DNA of 64,000 bases from Botryllus schlosseri. Its lineage: Eukaryota. How positions within the stretch are numbered: the first letter of the stretch is position 1; every line of letters begins with the position of its first letter. The notes under the pieces were generated by a model. It was not told the origin of the DNA and did no database searches. It worked only from the letters and a program-made list of their open reading frames with translations. Shown in pieces: positions 1-12,370 of this stretch. Location of the stretch: contig CM119372.1 in the NCBI GenBank assembly GCA_051294905.1, positions 36,518,001-36,582,000 of the forward strand. Direction: 5' to 3'. A program made the translations under genes and the position numbers.

Positions 1-34
1 AGGGGGACAATTCGAAGGGGAACTTTTTCAGCAC

Positions 35-805
35 ATGTGTTTGCTCTTTGATATTAAGAAGACACGTACCACCCCCTATCATCCCCGTTCGGATGGACTC
101 TGTGAGCGTATGAACAGAACGCTGCAGCAAATGCTTACTAGTTTTGTTGATGATTCTCGGTCTGATTGGGCTGACCATTTGCCGTATATTTTGATGGCTT
201 ATCGCTCAACAGTTCATCATTCCACTGGTTATACCCCGAATCGCCTGTTTATGGGTCGTGAGATATCACTTCCTACAGATATCATGTATGGACACCCCCC
301 CAATAATGACAGTGCGAAATGCTATGTGGATTATGTCAATTGGTTTCGTGATGCATGTTCAGATGCTTTTACTTTTGCTCGAGAACGTCTATCTAAGTCT
401 GCAGTAAGGCAGAAACGTGCTTTTGATAGTGCTGTGAGACCGCTTGCTTTTGCTGTGGGTGACTATTGTTGGTATTTCTATCCTCCTAGAAAGAGGAAAT
501 TGTCCTCTGGATGGTCAGGACCCTATGTAATTGTTGAGCAAATTTCAGAGTGTGTTTACCGCATACAGAAAGTTGGAACTCAGAATTTTCGCAAGTCTCA
601 TGTTGATTACCTGATGCCTTATGATCGTGACGATGGTGAAAGTAGTGATGGTGATGTTTTTGAACCAGTAATGGCTGATGTTTCTGATCATGGTGATGAG
701 ATTTTTGATATTGTGAATGACCAGGACGTGCCTGAAACTGTCTACACTACAAGGTCGAAACGTTTTGTTAGGCGTCCTAGGTATTTGTTGGATTATGAGT
801 CATGA
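35..805 (+). CDS. Gypsy integrase C-terminal part (end of rve core plus GPY/F-SH3-like region); reading frame begins upstream of the window
   Basis: TTPYHPRSDGLCERMNRTL, LMAYRSTVHHSTGYTP and WSGPYVIV motifs. Confidence 0.92.
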   Translation: MCLLFDIKKTRTTPYHPRSDGLCERMNRTLQQMLTSFVDDSRSDWADHLPYILMAYRSTVHHSTGYTPNRLFMGREISLPTDIMYGHPPNNDSAKCYVDYVNWFRDACSDAFTFARERLSKSAVRQKRAFDSAVRPLAFAVGDYCWYFYPPRKRKLSSGWSGPYVIVEQISECVYRIQKVGTQNFRKSHVDYLMPYDRDDGESSDGDVFEPVMADVSDHGDEIFDIVNDQDVPETVYTTRSKRFVRRPRYLLDYES

Positions 806-900
806 TTATTGTTTATTTGAATAATTGTTGTTAGTTTTTGGTTAGACGTGAGAGTGAATTTTTTATTATGTAATTCCCTCTATTTTGGGGGGGGGAGCAG

Positions 901-1177
901 TGTGACAGCCCACCCATTAGGGGTGTATGTGATGATATAGTTACTATTGTGAAGGTATACTGTTATTTCTAGGGCCGCCAAGTGTCTAGCAACGACTCCG
1001 TTGAATGGACACTTGGTGGACCCCATGACAATGCATGCTCCCTTCTTGTCTGAACTGGCTACCGTGAGGACGCAGAAATAAAGCTGTCTAAAAACTATTG
1101 TGAATCTCTCTACATCGACTATATTAGAAGGTCTTCCACACTGAGTGTGTGTGTGTTTGTCAGTTACCTTGCCCACA
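901..1177 (+). repeat. 3' LTR of element A (277 bp)
   Basis: TGTG...CACA termini, follows PPT; partner LTR lies outside the window so the right end is inferred. Confidence 0.75.
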
Positions 1178-1330
1178 CATTAATAACTGCGGATTTTTGC
1201 AATGCAGGGAACATTTTGTTCAAATCTTTATAAACCAATTTATATTGTTTACAATACTTATCGCCTCGAACTCGGAAAATAAACTCGTAAAATAAAGAAA
1301 AACAAATTTTTTACCCCAACGTCAAAACGT

Positions 1331-3003
1331 ACTTGTAACCAATCACTTTCATCAAACACACAACTCAATAAAAGTATTTACTTTCTACAACATAACAATC
1401 CCGATTTAGTTGAACATGTAGTTAAAAGGTATTAATATTCATCTATATCAAAATATCGTTACCGTTACCCAAGTATCAACCAGGTAACAAAATTGTTACT
1501 TCAGACATATTGACGCTGGAAAATAAATTCGAAGCACGAATCCGAACAAGAACATAATCCACGAATCGAAACCTGTATTATTCGCCATATTTCTAAAACA
1601 TTATGTCGGTGTACAGCATCACATTGTTATTGCATGCTGGTAACCGTAAAGTCATGGAGGTTGCTAATTTCGACATATTGACTCTGTGGGCGGCTAAAGC
1701 ACGAACGGGGACACACACGCATATGTGTGATTATCTCTTACACACACCGGGACACACAGTATTCGTCGATTTCCAAAGCGTACATTTCGATATACAAGAG
1801 TCTATTGTTATTTCATGTGGTTAACCGACGAAATAGATGCGATGCGACCGACGTGGGTGTACTATGAAACCGGTTGTCGTGTATATTTTCGTCACTGGTC
1901 GTTGTCATCAATTTCAAACTGTCGCTAATACAACAATTACCGAATTGATGGGTGTGGTTGTCAGATTTCAAAAGGAAAATGGTATTTTTACTCAGGTAAG
2001 CATCACATCTCCAAGTGAAAACGGTATTGTTACTCAGGAAAATGATAGTTTTCCAAACGAAAATGGTTTATTACTCAGGGAAATATATATTTCCAGACGA
2101 AAATGGATTGTTACTCTAGGTAACGACGGATTTCCAAACGAAAATGGTTTGTTACCCGGGGAAAAGACAGATTTCCAAGTGAAAACGTTATTGTTACTCA
2201 AGGATAAGATATATTTCCAAGTGAAAATGGTTTGTTACTCAGGAAAAAAATATATTTCCAAACGAAAAGGGTTTGTTACTCCGGGAAAAAATATATTTCC
2301 AAACAAAAATGGTTTTGTTACTCTAGGAAACGATAGACCTACAAGTGAAAATGTATTGTTACTCTGGGTAAATGATAGATCTCCAAAGGACAATGGTATT
2401 TTTACTCAGGTAACGGTGGACCTCAAAGGGAAAATGGTAATTTTACGCAGGTAATTGTCAGTTGTCCAAACGAAAATGATATTTTTACTTGGGTAGGTAT
2501 CGTGTGTTCAACGCTGGTAGTGTGATTGGTCTTGTTAAACGTAGTTGTCGAGTTGTACAATATACTTGTCGTGAGTATACAATTAGGAAGGGGAGGAAAA
2601 TGAAAATGTTATTACCAATGTAAGAAGGTAGTTGTATGTTGATTTGATTTGTCGGGTCAGTAACCCTATCATTCGCATATGACAAAAAATCATTACCGTG
2701 AATACATGTAACTGGCTCGCTCGGTCTCGACCAATGCAAAATTGATGGCTCGTTTTAAAACTGATAAAGCGTGCTAGTCGATGCGATTTCTACCTCCGCG
2801 CATTCTGTCATGTCGAGTCGATTTTAATACCGGTCCACAGGTACGAAACACACACTAACACCGTAAACAGAAGACGATGATTTTGATACACATTAATAAA
2901 CAGATTTTCTCAACTACATGTTCAACTAAATCGGAATTACGATGTTGTAGAAAGTAAATAATTTTTTGAGTTGTGTGTTTGATGAAAGTGATTGGTTACA
3001 AGT
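1331..3003. mobile_element. Foldback/non-autonomous TIR element with internal minisatellite
   Basis: 1331-1423 is an imperfect reverse complement of 2912-3003 (~92 bp); weaker similarity may extend outward; no TSD resolved. Confidence 0.65.
1965..2486 (+). repeat. Degenerate tandem array, about 13 units of 41-42 bp (ttccaaacgaaaatggtttgttactcagg...)
   Basis: Recurring ccaaacgaaaatgg / gttactc cores at ~41-42 bp period. Confidence 0.9.
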
Positions 3004-4789
3004 AGTACAAGTGTGTTGGGAAAAAAAATATTTTTACTGTGTGTGACAGTGTGGGGTAAAATGAAAATAGATTCGTGGTTTTAATTGAATTGCGCTGTTT
3101 TAATGTACGCTTCGACATGGAGACTTGACGCTGAACAACAATTCGATTCACAAAACATATCCATTGCAAAATTTGCCACTGGTGTGCAAAGAGTTAGGAA
3201 CATTTTTAATACAGTTCTACCTACTGGTTGTTTTGTTGTGAGGTCAATCATGTGATGACTCAGTACTTTTCGTTAGCAAAGTAGATTGATTTGTGTGAAA
3301 GATGTAAGGACCGTGACTACAAAACATATGCACTCTGTTGTTGGAGTAGCTGATTTATTGCTATGACATTGACGGAACCCTCGCGAAGTGACCATGCTTT
3401 TCTTTCACGAAAGTTTACGTGGCTCCGTTGTAATAAATTTGTGTTAACTAAACTCGGATGGATACCGCAATTGTGCTGGACTTACACGTGGTATTCACAT
3501 ACTGTTCACATACAAACTTTTGTGTAAACAACTCTGATGTTTCTGTAAGTACTAGTTCTGTGTTGAACTATTTGATTATTAAGATACATGAACATCCATC
3601 CGGACAATAAAGTTCTTGCGATATCGAAACAGTTTGAAAGCGTCACCAATCAGTGCGCATGTTCGTAGCATGAGAATATCGAATATTTTCGTGTGTCTGA
3701 ATATCTTTCATATACATTTAGTGTGAAATGAGTTGCGTGGAATAATAATTAGTATCCTACAAAACTGAAACTTGTTGTGTTCGATTGCATACTTTTTATC
3801 ATTGTTCATTGTGGTTTTGCAATACGGGTGAGTTTACATTTACATGTAGTAAGCGTAGTACCTCAAGTAATGAATTTGACTCGTTTGAAAATCGACAACG
3901 AGAAAAAAAATACCGGTCACTAGAGTAACAGTATCAATATGAGTGGTATATTATTTTTTCGCGATATGCAACCAGCCTTCTAAGCAAAACTTTTCAAGAA
4001 TTCATCATGTCATACAAAAGTCGGTTGTTACGAATTCGAAACAATAGTACTTCGATTATCACGATGAAGGAAATTAAGAACAACGTAGTATTTCGAAGTG
4101 GTATGTTCACCAATCACTAAATGATGAAGATATCAAATTACGCATGCAACTCTGGCAGTTTAACGATACAGTTACAAGTTGGATGTAATCTTGATTTACA
4201 GATGGCCGCTTAATGTTGTAATACTCAACCACTCCAGTGTGTTTATTACAAAGTATTTGACGCAAACAAAATATTGATGAACGCTAACCCATCGGAATCG
4301 CAATCCAAGATAGTGAAATTGTTTTCTGCTACACCAATATAATTTGTAATAGTTTACTTATGTGTATACCACAATACAATATTTCATTTGTGTAAAATGT
4401 TTGACGTTATTCGATAACTGGTTTAGTACGGCGTTATGTGACTGATCGAGGCGCGAGAATTGTAATGTTGCGGTGAAGCTGTGTACAACCAACTATTCTG
4501 TAGGTGTGAAACGGCGGTATGGAAACGCGCGAATAATCCCAGCTGAAAATCGGTGATATTCAGGTTACGTACGAATCAAAAGATCGCAAGGACTGAACAA
4601 GTACATATGACTTTTGGTAATCGATATATTTTCTAAAATGCTTGCTATTCTAAAATGCTTGCTGACCCCGTAAGACACAACATAAAATTCATATCAAGCA
4701 AGGTCTTTGCACGCTTTGGGCTTTGTGATGACATTTCACCCTATAGAAATGAACTTGTATCAATACTATAACACGCATCGTATTTACTA

Positions 4790-4955
4790 GCGGAAGCTGT
4801 CCTTCTTTATCTGGTAAGGTTGCCAGGATCTATCGTGAACGAAATGAATAGATGTGATGCAAACCCATATGTGGTGGGAGAGGAGGTCTTTGTGAAACCT
4901 GGAAACGCGAGGTGTTTCACACCGTGGAGGTAGGGAACGGTGACAGGGATAGCCC
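4790..4955 (+). pseudogene. Relic of Gypsy integrase C-terminal SH3-like segment
   Basis: Frame from 4862 reads NPYVVGEEVFVKPGNARCFTPWR*GTVTGIA with an internal stop; resembles the PYxVGDxVWVKP..RC...W..GTVTG motif. Confidence 0.5.
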
Positions 4956-5068
4956 TAACTTATCCCACATTTTACTTTCAGATCACCCTCTATTACGTCG
5001 AGGGCGACGTCAAGTCAATAACAATTAATTTATTTCTGTTTTTTTATGTTGTTATTTTAATAGAAAAA

Positions 5069-5378
5069 TCATTCAAAACCTTGCGTTTCTCATTCAAAAC
5101 CTGCGTTTCTCATTCAAAACCTTGCGTTTCTCATAACTGAAGCTGCATGCTGTTACTGAAAACGAAAGTTTTGGTACGAAGTACAGCTAGGTATTTCGTG
5201 TGATCCCAGAAATGGTTGATCGAAAGCCAGGTTGGAATGCTTCGTCTAGTAGGGAAGGAAGGGATCAGGTAGGCAGCAACCGCGTGATCCCAGAAATGGT
5301 TGATACGAAAACGCACTAGGTAGGAATGTTTCATCTAGCAGGCAAGGAAAGGATCATAGGCAGCCACTACGTGATTCC
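5069..5378 (+). repeat. Two local tandem repeats: 3x ~21 bp (5069-5134) and ~2.1x 84-87 bp (5200-5378)
   Basis: cattcaaaacc(t)tgcgtttct x3; gtgatcccagaaatggttgat at 5200 and 5284, gtgattcc at 5371. Confidence 0.85.
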
Positions 5379-5799
5379 TGCCTGATCTGATATATTGACC
5401 TTGCTTTCCGTCGCACGCCATGTCTCCTCTTTACTTAGCCTAGGCCCAGGTGGGTGTAGATTACCTCAGGCCGTTGCGTTACCTTGCTATCTTTTCATCG
5501 ATGATTAATCTGATAAAATCAATAACGATAATAAACTCTTAGAGCGCAGATTGCTGTAACCAACATAGCGTCAATCTCAGTGAGCTCTAGGCAATTCTAC
5601 CCTGATCTAAATAAGGACTAGTGCATTCATCTTGTTTCTCTCATTCAATGATATAAATATATTATTTCTCCCATTTGATCACCTCTGCAGAAATCGCTAA
5701 CCCATATTGCTACACATAACTCACATATCTTCACTTTCTAGGATTTATTTGGACTACTTTGACACAATAAGTAGAATAACAATTAGATGGTATAAATTT

Positions 5800-6345
5800 G
5801 ATTGTAGCTGTGCCTTTGACATGTCACACGATGCTGAACATTCCTCCGTCAGTGGTATTCATAGCCACCACGTAGCTGGCAGCAATAGCATTTACAGCCG
5901 CGCCATTCTAGTGAGAAGATTTCGAATCGAGGCCAGGGTGATTCTGAGGCAGTCTCTGGTAATAACTTGAAGCTGGTGGTCATAGCCATAGATGCTTTTA
6001 CTACCTATAGATAGAGTACCTGGAAGATAACAACAAAACTGGCATTATCCATTGCAATCAGTTGATAGCTTGGTTAATTATTTACACTTGAAATGTGCCT
6101 GTTTGTTGGTTTTCAAGATTTGTAATAGTAAATTACAGTGTGTGCTTGAATCAACAATTCGAGGACACAGTACATGAAACTGAAGCTATAATGAGTAAAA
6201 AGACAACATCAGCAAGCTCCCTCAGGATTAATGGCATCATATCCAAATCAAATTGCCATACACAGCAGTACCTGAAACATGAAGCTGTAGGGATAAAGAT
6301 GACAACATCACCAAGCTCCCTTAGGATTAACGGTATCATATCCAA
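5800..6345 (-). pseudogene. Possible decayed LINE (CR1/L2-like) ORF2 fragments
   Basis: Duplicated DM(I/M)PLILREL(G/A)DVV resembles the pre-RT P..LKELADVI motif; weak C-terminal-like remnants near 5830-5990. Confidence 0.35.
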
Positions 6346-7173
6346 ATCGAATTATCAATGCCATGACAATAGACACTTACGTGACCTTTGACACGAACCA
6401 ATCAGGTTGCAGCAGGATGTAAACAAAGAACAAGCCCGGGCAAGCTTACTATGAGCTCTTATGGAAAAGGGTTGAAAAATATAGGTTTTTAGCAAAATTA
6501 CATTGAATTGGGAATAGCTGGCTTTGGTGAATGGTAATAACGTAGAGCTAGTATGTATTTGCAGTGTTATAACCTACAATAAGCATGAATGGTGGCAAGC
6601 ACGCATCAGCATGGTATGTCCAAATGAATGAATTTCTGACAACTTTTCGGATGAAGCAACTATTGCTGTATTATCCTTAGTCGTATACTATAGGATTGTC
6701 GTACCGAATAGCATGTATTAGAGGAGTCTTGAGTCAGGATATGTGTGGTATCCATTATGTGGGCTTGGCGTTATATGCGTTCTATTTATGGAATCGACAT
6801 TCGTGTATAGTACAGTCTACAGTCTGTATCGTTATCTAGCAAATTACTGTTACACTGGACACCTGTATGCATATTCAATGATCATATTAATATGATATAT
6901 GTTAGGCATCATGATCCGTTCCCAACTGAAATCTAGCTCGCGTGTTGAATCAGGATAGATGCCGGGTAAACACTGTGCTAATAGCCTGTGTAATATGGAG
7001 ATGGCTACCCAGACCGTTCCTAGTGTGCGCTTTTACATTTCCCAGAGCCAATAACATGCATGGAAGAATGTAAAATCTGGATAAAGGCATGTGGACTTCC
7101 TTGTAGTCATCTGAATTCTCATTTTATTAATAAAATGACATATCTATTATTGTACCAAAAATTGAATCGTGAC

Positions 7174-7688
7174 TAGGGCTGGGCAAAATGATTCGAGTAC
7201 TCGAATCTGAATCGAGTAGTAATTGTAATGATTCGAGTCGAGTAGTACAAGACGATTTTTTCGAGTACTGAAATTATACGGTCCTCGCAACTGAAAGTTA
7301 ATTTACTGACGAGAATTATAGTTTTGATACTATTTTCCACTGAGGAAGCCGTGAAACCTTGATTGGCCGTGTTTGAGCATACCAGGCACAGTTTAAAGCT
7401 ACGAACGTTACTGGAAATAACACATTTCCGAAGTCATTATCATCCAACAAAATTGTTAAGAAGTGCGATGAAATCGGTATGGTCGAAAAAATACCAAAAT
7501 ATCTTTAATGTGATGGATAACAGGCATTACGTTCTTTGTGGTGGCATAAAAGGTTCATATTTGGACTTCGACATAGTACATCCTGTTGTGACGTCATAAT
7601 GAGTGATACTCGATTACTCGACTCGACTCGAAGCATATTACGTGATTCAGAATCGAATCACTCAGGTACTCGATTTTGCCCAGCCCTA
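7174..7688. mobile_element. hAT MITE nested in the PHIS-type element
   Basis: TIR tagggctgggcaaaat / attttgcccagcccta; perfect 8-bp TSD ATCGTGAC (7166-7173, 7689-7696). Confidence 0.93.
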
Positions 7689-7984
7689 ATCGTGACATAA
7701 TCTAGATGAAACAATTCTGTGTTTCAAAATGAGTCCAATCTGAAATGCAGTCACACTTGATGCCACAATCGACTTGGTGTGTGTCTAGTTTTATTCCACT
7801 CCAGTCTTGTTGCTTGATGGTGTGTAATGTATTGAAATTGTGGAGAGCAATATATATTCAATAATGAGATGAATGGTTGAAATTGGTAGCGGTGATACGT
7901 TGCATGAGTCGGACGAGTACGCCTTGATAGGTGCCTGCACAGCAGTATTGCTCTGTAAAATAAACATATTATATATTTTGTGCA

Positions 7985-8830
7985 GGCTTGATGGATTTCT
8001 TTTATGAAGCTGCAGAAAGAGGAAGTCGATGGATAAAACGCAAGAAAATCAAATTTCTGGAAGAAGCATAGAAGCACAAAACAGGAAACTCGTCCAGGAA
8101 ATTACAAATTGACGGACAATTATTGCCAGTGAAGTTCAGTTCTCAGAGGAGCATCATAATGTCAAAAGATGCGGAGAAGCTGAAATTTTATGCTAGACTA
8201 CATTAAATTCTTTCTGAAGTGTCCGACTTATCCTACTGACGTCAAATTTATGGTATTGCTGTAAGCATACTATTAAACAATTGGTTCAGCCACATGTAAC
8301 TGCTTCATTAAATCGCGATTTGGCCATGTAGATATGTGGTTCGTAAAAATGCACCATTTGCATTCATTCATGATTTCTCGAATCTAGAATGATTATTGAC
8401 TGTCAATAAATCACATACAACTTTGAAAGGATTGATGGATTGTGGTACACTTACTTTTATGCAGGAACTATTCACAGGGACCATTTCAGATCGAAATATT
8501 AGTTAAATATGTGGATTAGACAAGAAATGCAAGAAAATGATGGAGTTCAGCTATGGTGAGCCAGGCAATGCTATCATGGCAGAAAAGGGATTCACCATTG
8601 AGTCTGAAATCAATAAATTGAATCTAGATTTAAATATTTCTGCACATGATTTACACAACGTCAAATGCCTGAGCAAGACTGTTCCACAACAAGAAAGATG
8701 GCGAGAGAACGTATTCATATTGAACAGCTGATCGGAAGAATCAAGGAGTATAAAATTTTGTTCGGTGTCATACTATGCAGCATTGTGTATCACAACTAAC
8801 CAAATACGGACTAATTGCAATGCATACTCT
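7985..8830 (+). pseudogene. Frameshifted Harbinger-type (DDE_Tnp_4) transposase
   Basis: Fragments KSHTTLKGLM..G.LTF..ELFTGTISDR (~8410-8500), IMAEKGFTIE (8570s), ERIHIEQLIGRIKEYKIL (~8705-8760). Confidence 0.8.
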
Positions 8831-9099
8831 AATTCAAGATTGAAAATTAAAAATGAATGACGCAACATATTCGGCAATTGTGCAAATTCAGTTCCATTGT
8901 GAATATCGTAATGCCTAATAGCATGCTACGGATCGTATTTGTGCGGTGCCAAGGTAAGTCTGTACCAACAGTGCATGTCTAGATATTCCAGTGGTGTGCA
9001 TTGAAGCTTATTTAGATGCCCAATTTGTTGAATGAACAATTCTCCAGAAGAAAATGTTCTAGGATTATTTGTGTTTGGTGGAATGTTATAAAACTGAAG

Positions 9100-9619
9100 A
9101 CACCAGATACACCAAAATCTACCTTGAGGCAGGAGTTGATCGGTTGCGAGTACGGTGGAGAGATTGCTTGTCAATCACAATGGAGCTCACTGATGCTGAT
9201 GCAAATCACAATGTAGTCCTTTTAGCTTCAGGTGCTGGATTGTCTTAATCAATGCATATGCATGAGAGCATATATCAGAACCTATATATGAAAATAAATC
9301 ATGGTTAAAATATCTATTGCAGGAGTCTCTGAAAAAATGTCTTTTTCCTTACTTACCCTGTCTTACAAGTGCAAGACGAATCAATAATGGATTTTCCGAG
9401 AACGTGTATTTCCATCGAGTGTGTTATCTCACTTTTCCGCAAGTTGCGATAACATTGGCTGTTCCAAAAAGAGTGGATTGTCTCCTCAATCTTTATCCCT
9501 AAATCGTGTGCGTAGCGCTCCATGAAATACTTCAAAGCTTTCTCCGCGGTGTTAGAAGAAGATGCTGTTCCACTCAAATCCATAAATTCGATAGAATCTC
9601 CATAGCTTTCAAGTTTCAT
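9100..9619 (-). pseudogene. SWIM zinc-finger accessory protein relic of the PHIS-type element (probably one intron)
   Basis: ...KYFMERYAHDL...CYRNLRKSE...SSCTCKTG, GTAAGT donor at ~9353, then GSDICSHAYAL completing CxC-x-CxH; splice phases do not join cleanly. Confidence 0.6.
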
Positions 9620-10494
9620 AATAAATACACAAAAATTGTGATGTGTGGCAGCAGCTATATTTCATAGTATATAAATTTCTGAACATGAGATATGCTTGAA
9701 AATTTTGCTCGAGACCTGGAGCCTATGAAATCGTCAAAATATGCATTACCACAATCCTATAGTATAGTATACAACAATCGTCGCTTAATCCGAAAAGTTG
9801 TCAAAAACCCGTGTATTTGGACACAGCACGCTGGTGCGTACTTGCCACCATTCATGTTCATCCTAGATTAAAAGCTGCAACTACATACTAGCTCTACGCT
9901 ATTACTATTCATTAGGGCCAGTCATCCCCAATTCAACGTAATCTTGCTTAAAACCTTCATTTTTCGACCTTTTTCCATAAGAACTCATAGTAAGCTTGCC
10001 CGGGCTTGTTCTTTGTTTACATCCTGCTGCAACCTGATTGGTTCGTGTCAAAGGTCACGTAAGTGTCTATTGCCTTATCCCAGTAATTGTGAAAACAGCA
10101 CTCAAGGCCAGCAGGAATTTTTGAGCAGAAGCATATGTTTATTTACCTGGATACAACGAGTTACGCAATCTACAATCTACATCAGGAAGATATTTCACAT
10201 ATTTGCAAATGAATACATACGGTGACACATATATAACCTTATCTTGTCCGAACCATCGAAATTGATACCTCCAGGCCAAAGAGTAATCAAAACAGTCATA
10301 TCACCCAACCACTTTTGCCTTGATTACCAGCTTATCGCGCAACTATCAGCTTAACCCAAAGATGGCGGCCAATTGACCACGCATATATCGCGAGTAGCGC
10401 ACTCCAGTGTTTATATAGCTCAGTGGAAATAACCCATAATCCGGGTCTTTAAGCCCAATCCAATGCCCATCTCTACTAGCCAGTCTTCAGGATT

Positions 10495-10734
10495 ACCGGA
10501 CCACGACCTAACATCGACCTCGCCCTCCGCCACATGCCACCCCATGTTGTCGCTTGCGTCTTATATTCTCTGCATTACTTTTCATTCAGTGTGCATGCCT
10601 AGGCTAAGGTGGGTGTCTGATCTTAATGGCTACTCCAAGTTGTTTCGACACCTTCCTATTTTTTCATTGTATCGCAGCCTTGTGATGTTTTGAAACGATG
10701 AAAATATTAATAAGCCTGACTGACTGACTGACTG
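10495..10734 (+). repeat. Dispersed retroposon-like 3' end with (TGAC)n tail; copy 1
   Basis: Highly similar to 34196-34452; ends ataagcc(tgac)4. Confidence 0.75.
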
Positions 10735-11221
10735 TATTGTGGTGGTGTCGAATGTATGTCATGTGCGACATACTGCTATAGAGGTATTTCAACATGCGCA
10801 AACTTTGACTTCTAAGCTGCGAGCTTCGTGATCGTATCGTATCTTATGTGTGAACTGTGAATGTCAGATACAGATTGTCAGCACACGGTGGGCTGGCTTT
10901 TAGCGCGGCAGGTTTTGTTATTATGCGGGTGTGGCGTAGTGCAGAGTTTTAATCAGTAAACGTGTTGAACTGCTTTGAAATTTGGCTGGACGATTTCATC
11001 AGCTTTACAATGCAACACTCAAACCAGCATGTACAGTGCACACTGCACAAAGTGCACATGTATGTTATTGAATCTTCGCTGTGCTCACACAATTCCTAAT
11101 TTTTTTAAATATTTTTCATTGAATCATTTCTACTTGACGAATCATTGCTGCTCTCTGATTGGTGATGGTCATGTTGTTATGGATAAGAAAGTAGACTAGA
11201 CCTTACTCTGGTGAAACCAAC

Positions 11222-11401
11222 ACCAGTCTTACTAAATGCGTCGTACTTCAACTACACGGAAAGCTAAATAAGTGTTTGTATTTGAGTATTTCTACCCAAA
11301 GTGACTCGATCTGACCAGTCTTACTAAATGCGTCGTACTTCAACTACACGGAAAGCTAAATAAGTGTTTGTATGTGAGTATACCCAAAGTGACTCGATCT
11401 G
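11222..11401 (+). repeat. Tandem duplication of ~90 bp
   Basis: ccagtcttactaaatgcgtcgtacttcaactacacgg...gactcgatctg occurs twice in succession. Confidence 0.9.
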
Positions 11402-11729
11402 TTGAACCTGGCTTCCTGTATATCAAATCGGTGTCCTGTGCTCACACAATTCTTTATTTTTCAATAAGGGAAATATATATCTTTAACTTGGAGAGTCATC
11501 GCTGCTAACATGTTATATTAGGCAAAGCGTACCGAGATTCCAGTAGGGCAGGGGTTCTCAACTTCGCATGTACAACGGGCCGCATTTTACCCGCAAAAGA
11601 CGCTGGGGGCCGCAAAACATTATTACCATGCATTTGTGAGCTTCCATCAAATTTTTATTCTACTGGAGCCTATTTGATAGTCGTATACGGGTGTCTAGTC
11701 CATTTTTATGCATTTCAAATCATTAATGG

Positions 11730-12345
11730 ACACTGGACAGCGTTCGTAAGTTTTCAATCGCTGTTTTTTGTGAGAATATGTATCTTCCGGTGTCGCAAGT
11801 AAATCGCTTCATGGAGCGTGCATTGCATTCATTTCCAAGTCGGTATATGTACCTTATTATTATTATTACACACAGTATTACTGTGACGCCGTGATCGCCG
11901 TTTAGGCCTTGTGCATCACAACACAGGCACTTTTTTGTTGCAACAGAGGCCATTATCACTTTGAGCTCTCGGTGAAATGAGAAGAAGTCTGGCGTTTCGG
12001 GGTAATTTCAGAGCAAACCAATTAACCCATGTCCTTTCCTTCCATGGCTGGTGCCCTCCACCGATAGTTACAGAAGTCAACTTTGTCAAGTTGATGTTTT
12101 TCGCTGGTGAACTCCCCACGTTTGCCATGCCAGCATTTCTTCTGCAAATATGTCCACTCTGCGAAAATGCACCAAGAAAATTAGCTATGCAATGTTTGTG
12201 AAGTCGATGGATTCGTCCAATGCTAGGCTAAAGTAGTATACGCGGCAATGTGTTTCAGAACATGCGATAAAATGTTTACTAGCTACTCTTCTGGTCACGG
12301 TTGAATCGGACAACTTTAGCTTCAAAATTTGTCAGGTAATGTTGT
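11730..12345 (-). pseudogene. hAT (GTF2IRD2/SPIN-like) transposase fragment
   Basis: LSDSTVTRRV, YFSLALDESIDFTNIA, KLTSVT.G.PAMEG fragments with stops and frameshifts. Confidence 0.8.
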
Positions 12346-12370
12346 CCTTGCTGCTAAGCAGTGCTCCCTC

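Larger units (their letters stand above)
1..1177 (+). mobile_element. 3' part of Ty3/Gypsy LTR retrotransposon A (integrase end, PPT, 3' LTR); truncated by window edge
   Basis: Integrase ORF to 805; polypurine tract GGGGGGGGGAGCAG 887-900 directly before TGTGAC at 901; LTR ends GCCCACA at 1177; AATAAA near 1077. Confidence 0.9.
6365..10074. mobile_element. Decayed ISL2EU/PIF-Harbinger (PHIS)-type DNA transposon with two convergent ORF relics
   Basis: ~155-bp TIRs: 6365-6522 vs 9917-10074 (gacaatagacacttacgtgacctttgacacg / cgtgtcaaaggtcacgtaagtgtctattgcc); DDE_Tnp_4-like relic on +, SWIM relic on -. Confidence 0.8.

Noticed and set aside
1837-2454. 205-aa repetitive ORF
   Set aside because: By-product of the 41-42 bp array; repeat phase shifts between units
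3100-4600. Possible decayed viral or transposon coding sequence
   Set aside because: Only short open stretches and no motif I can identify; a translated search would be needed
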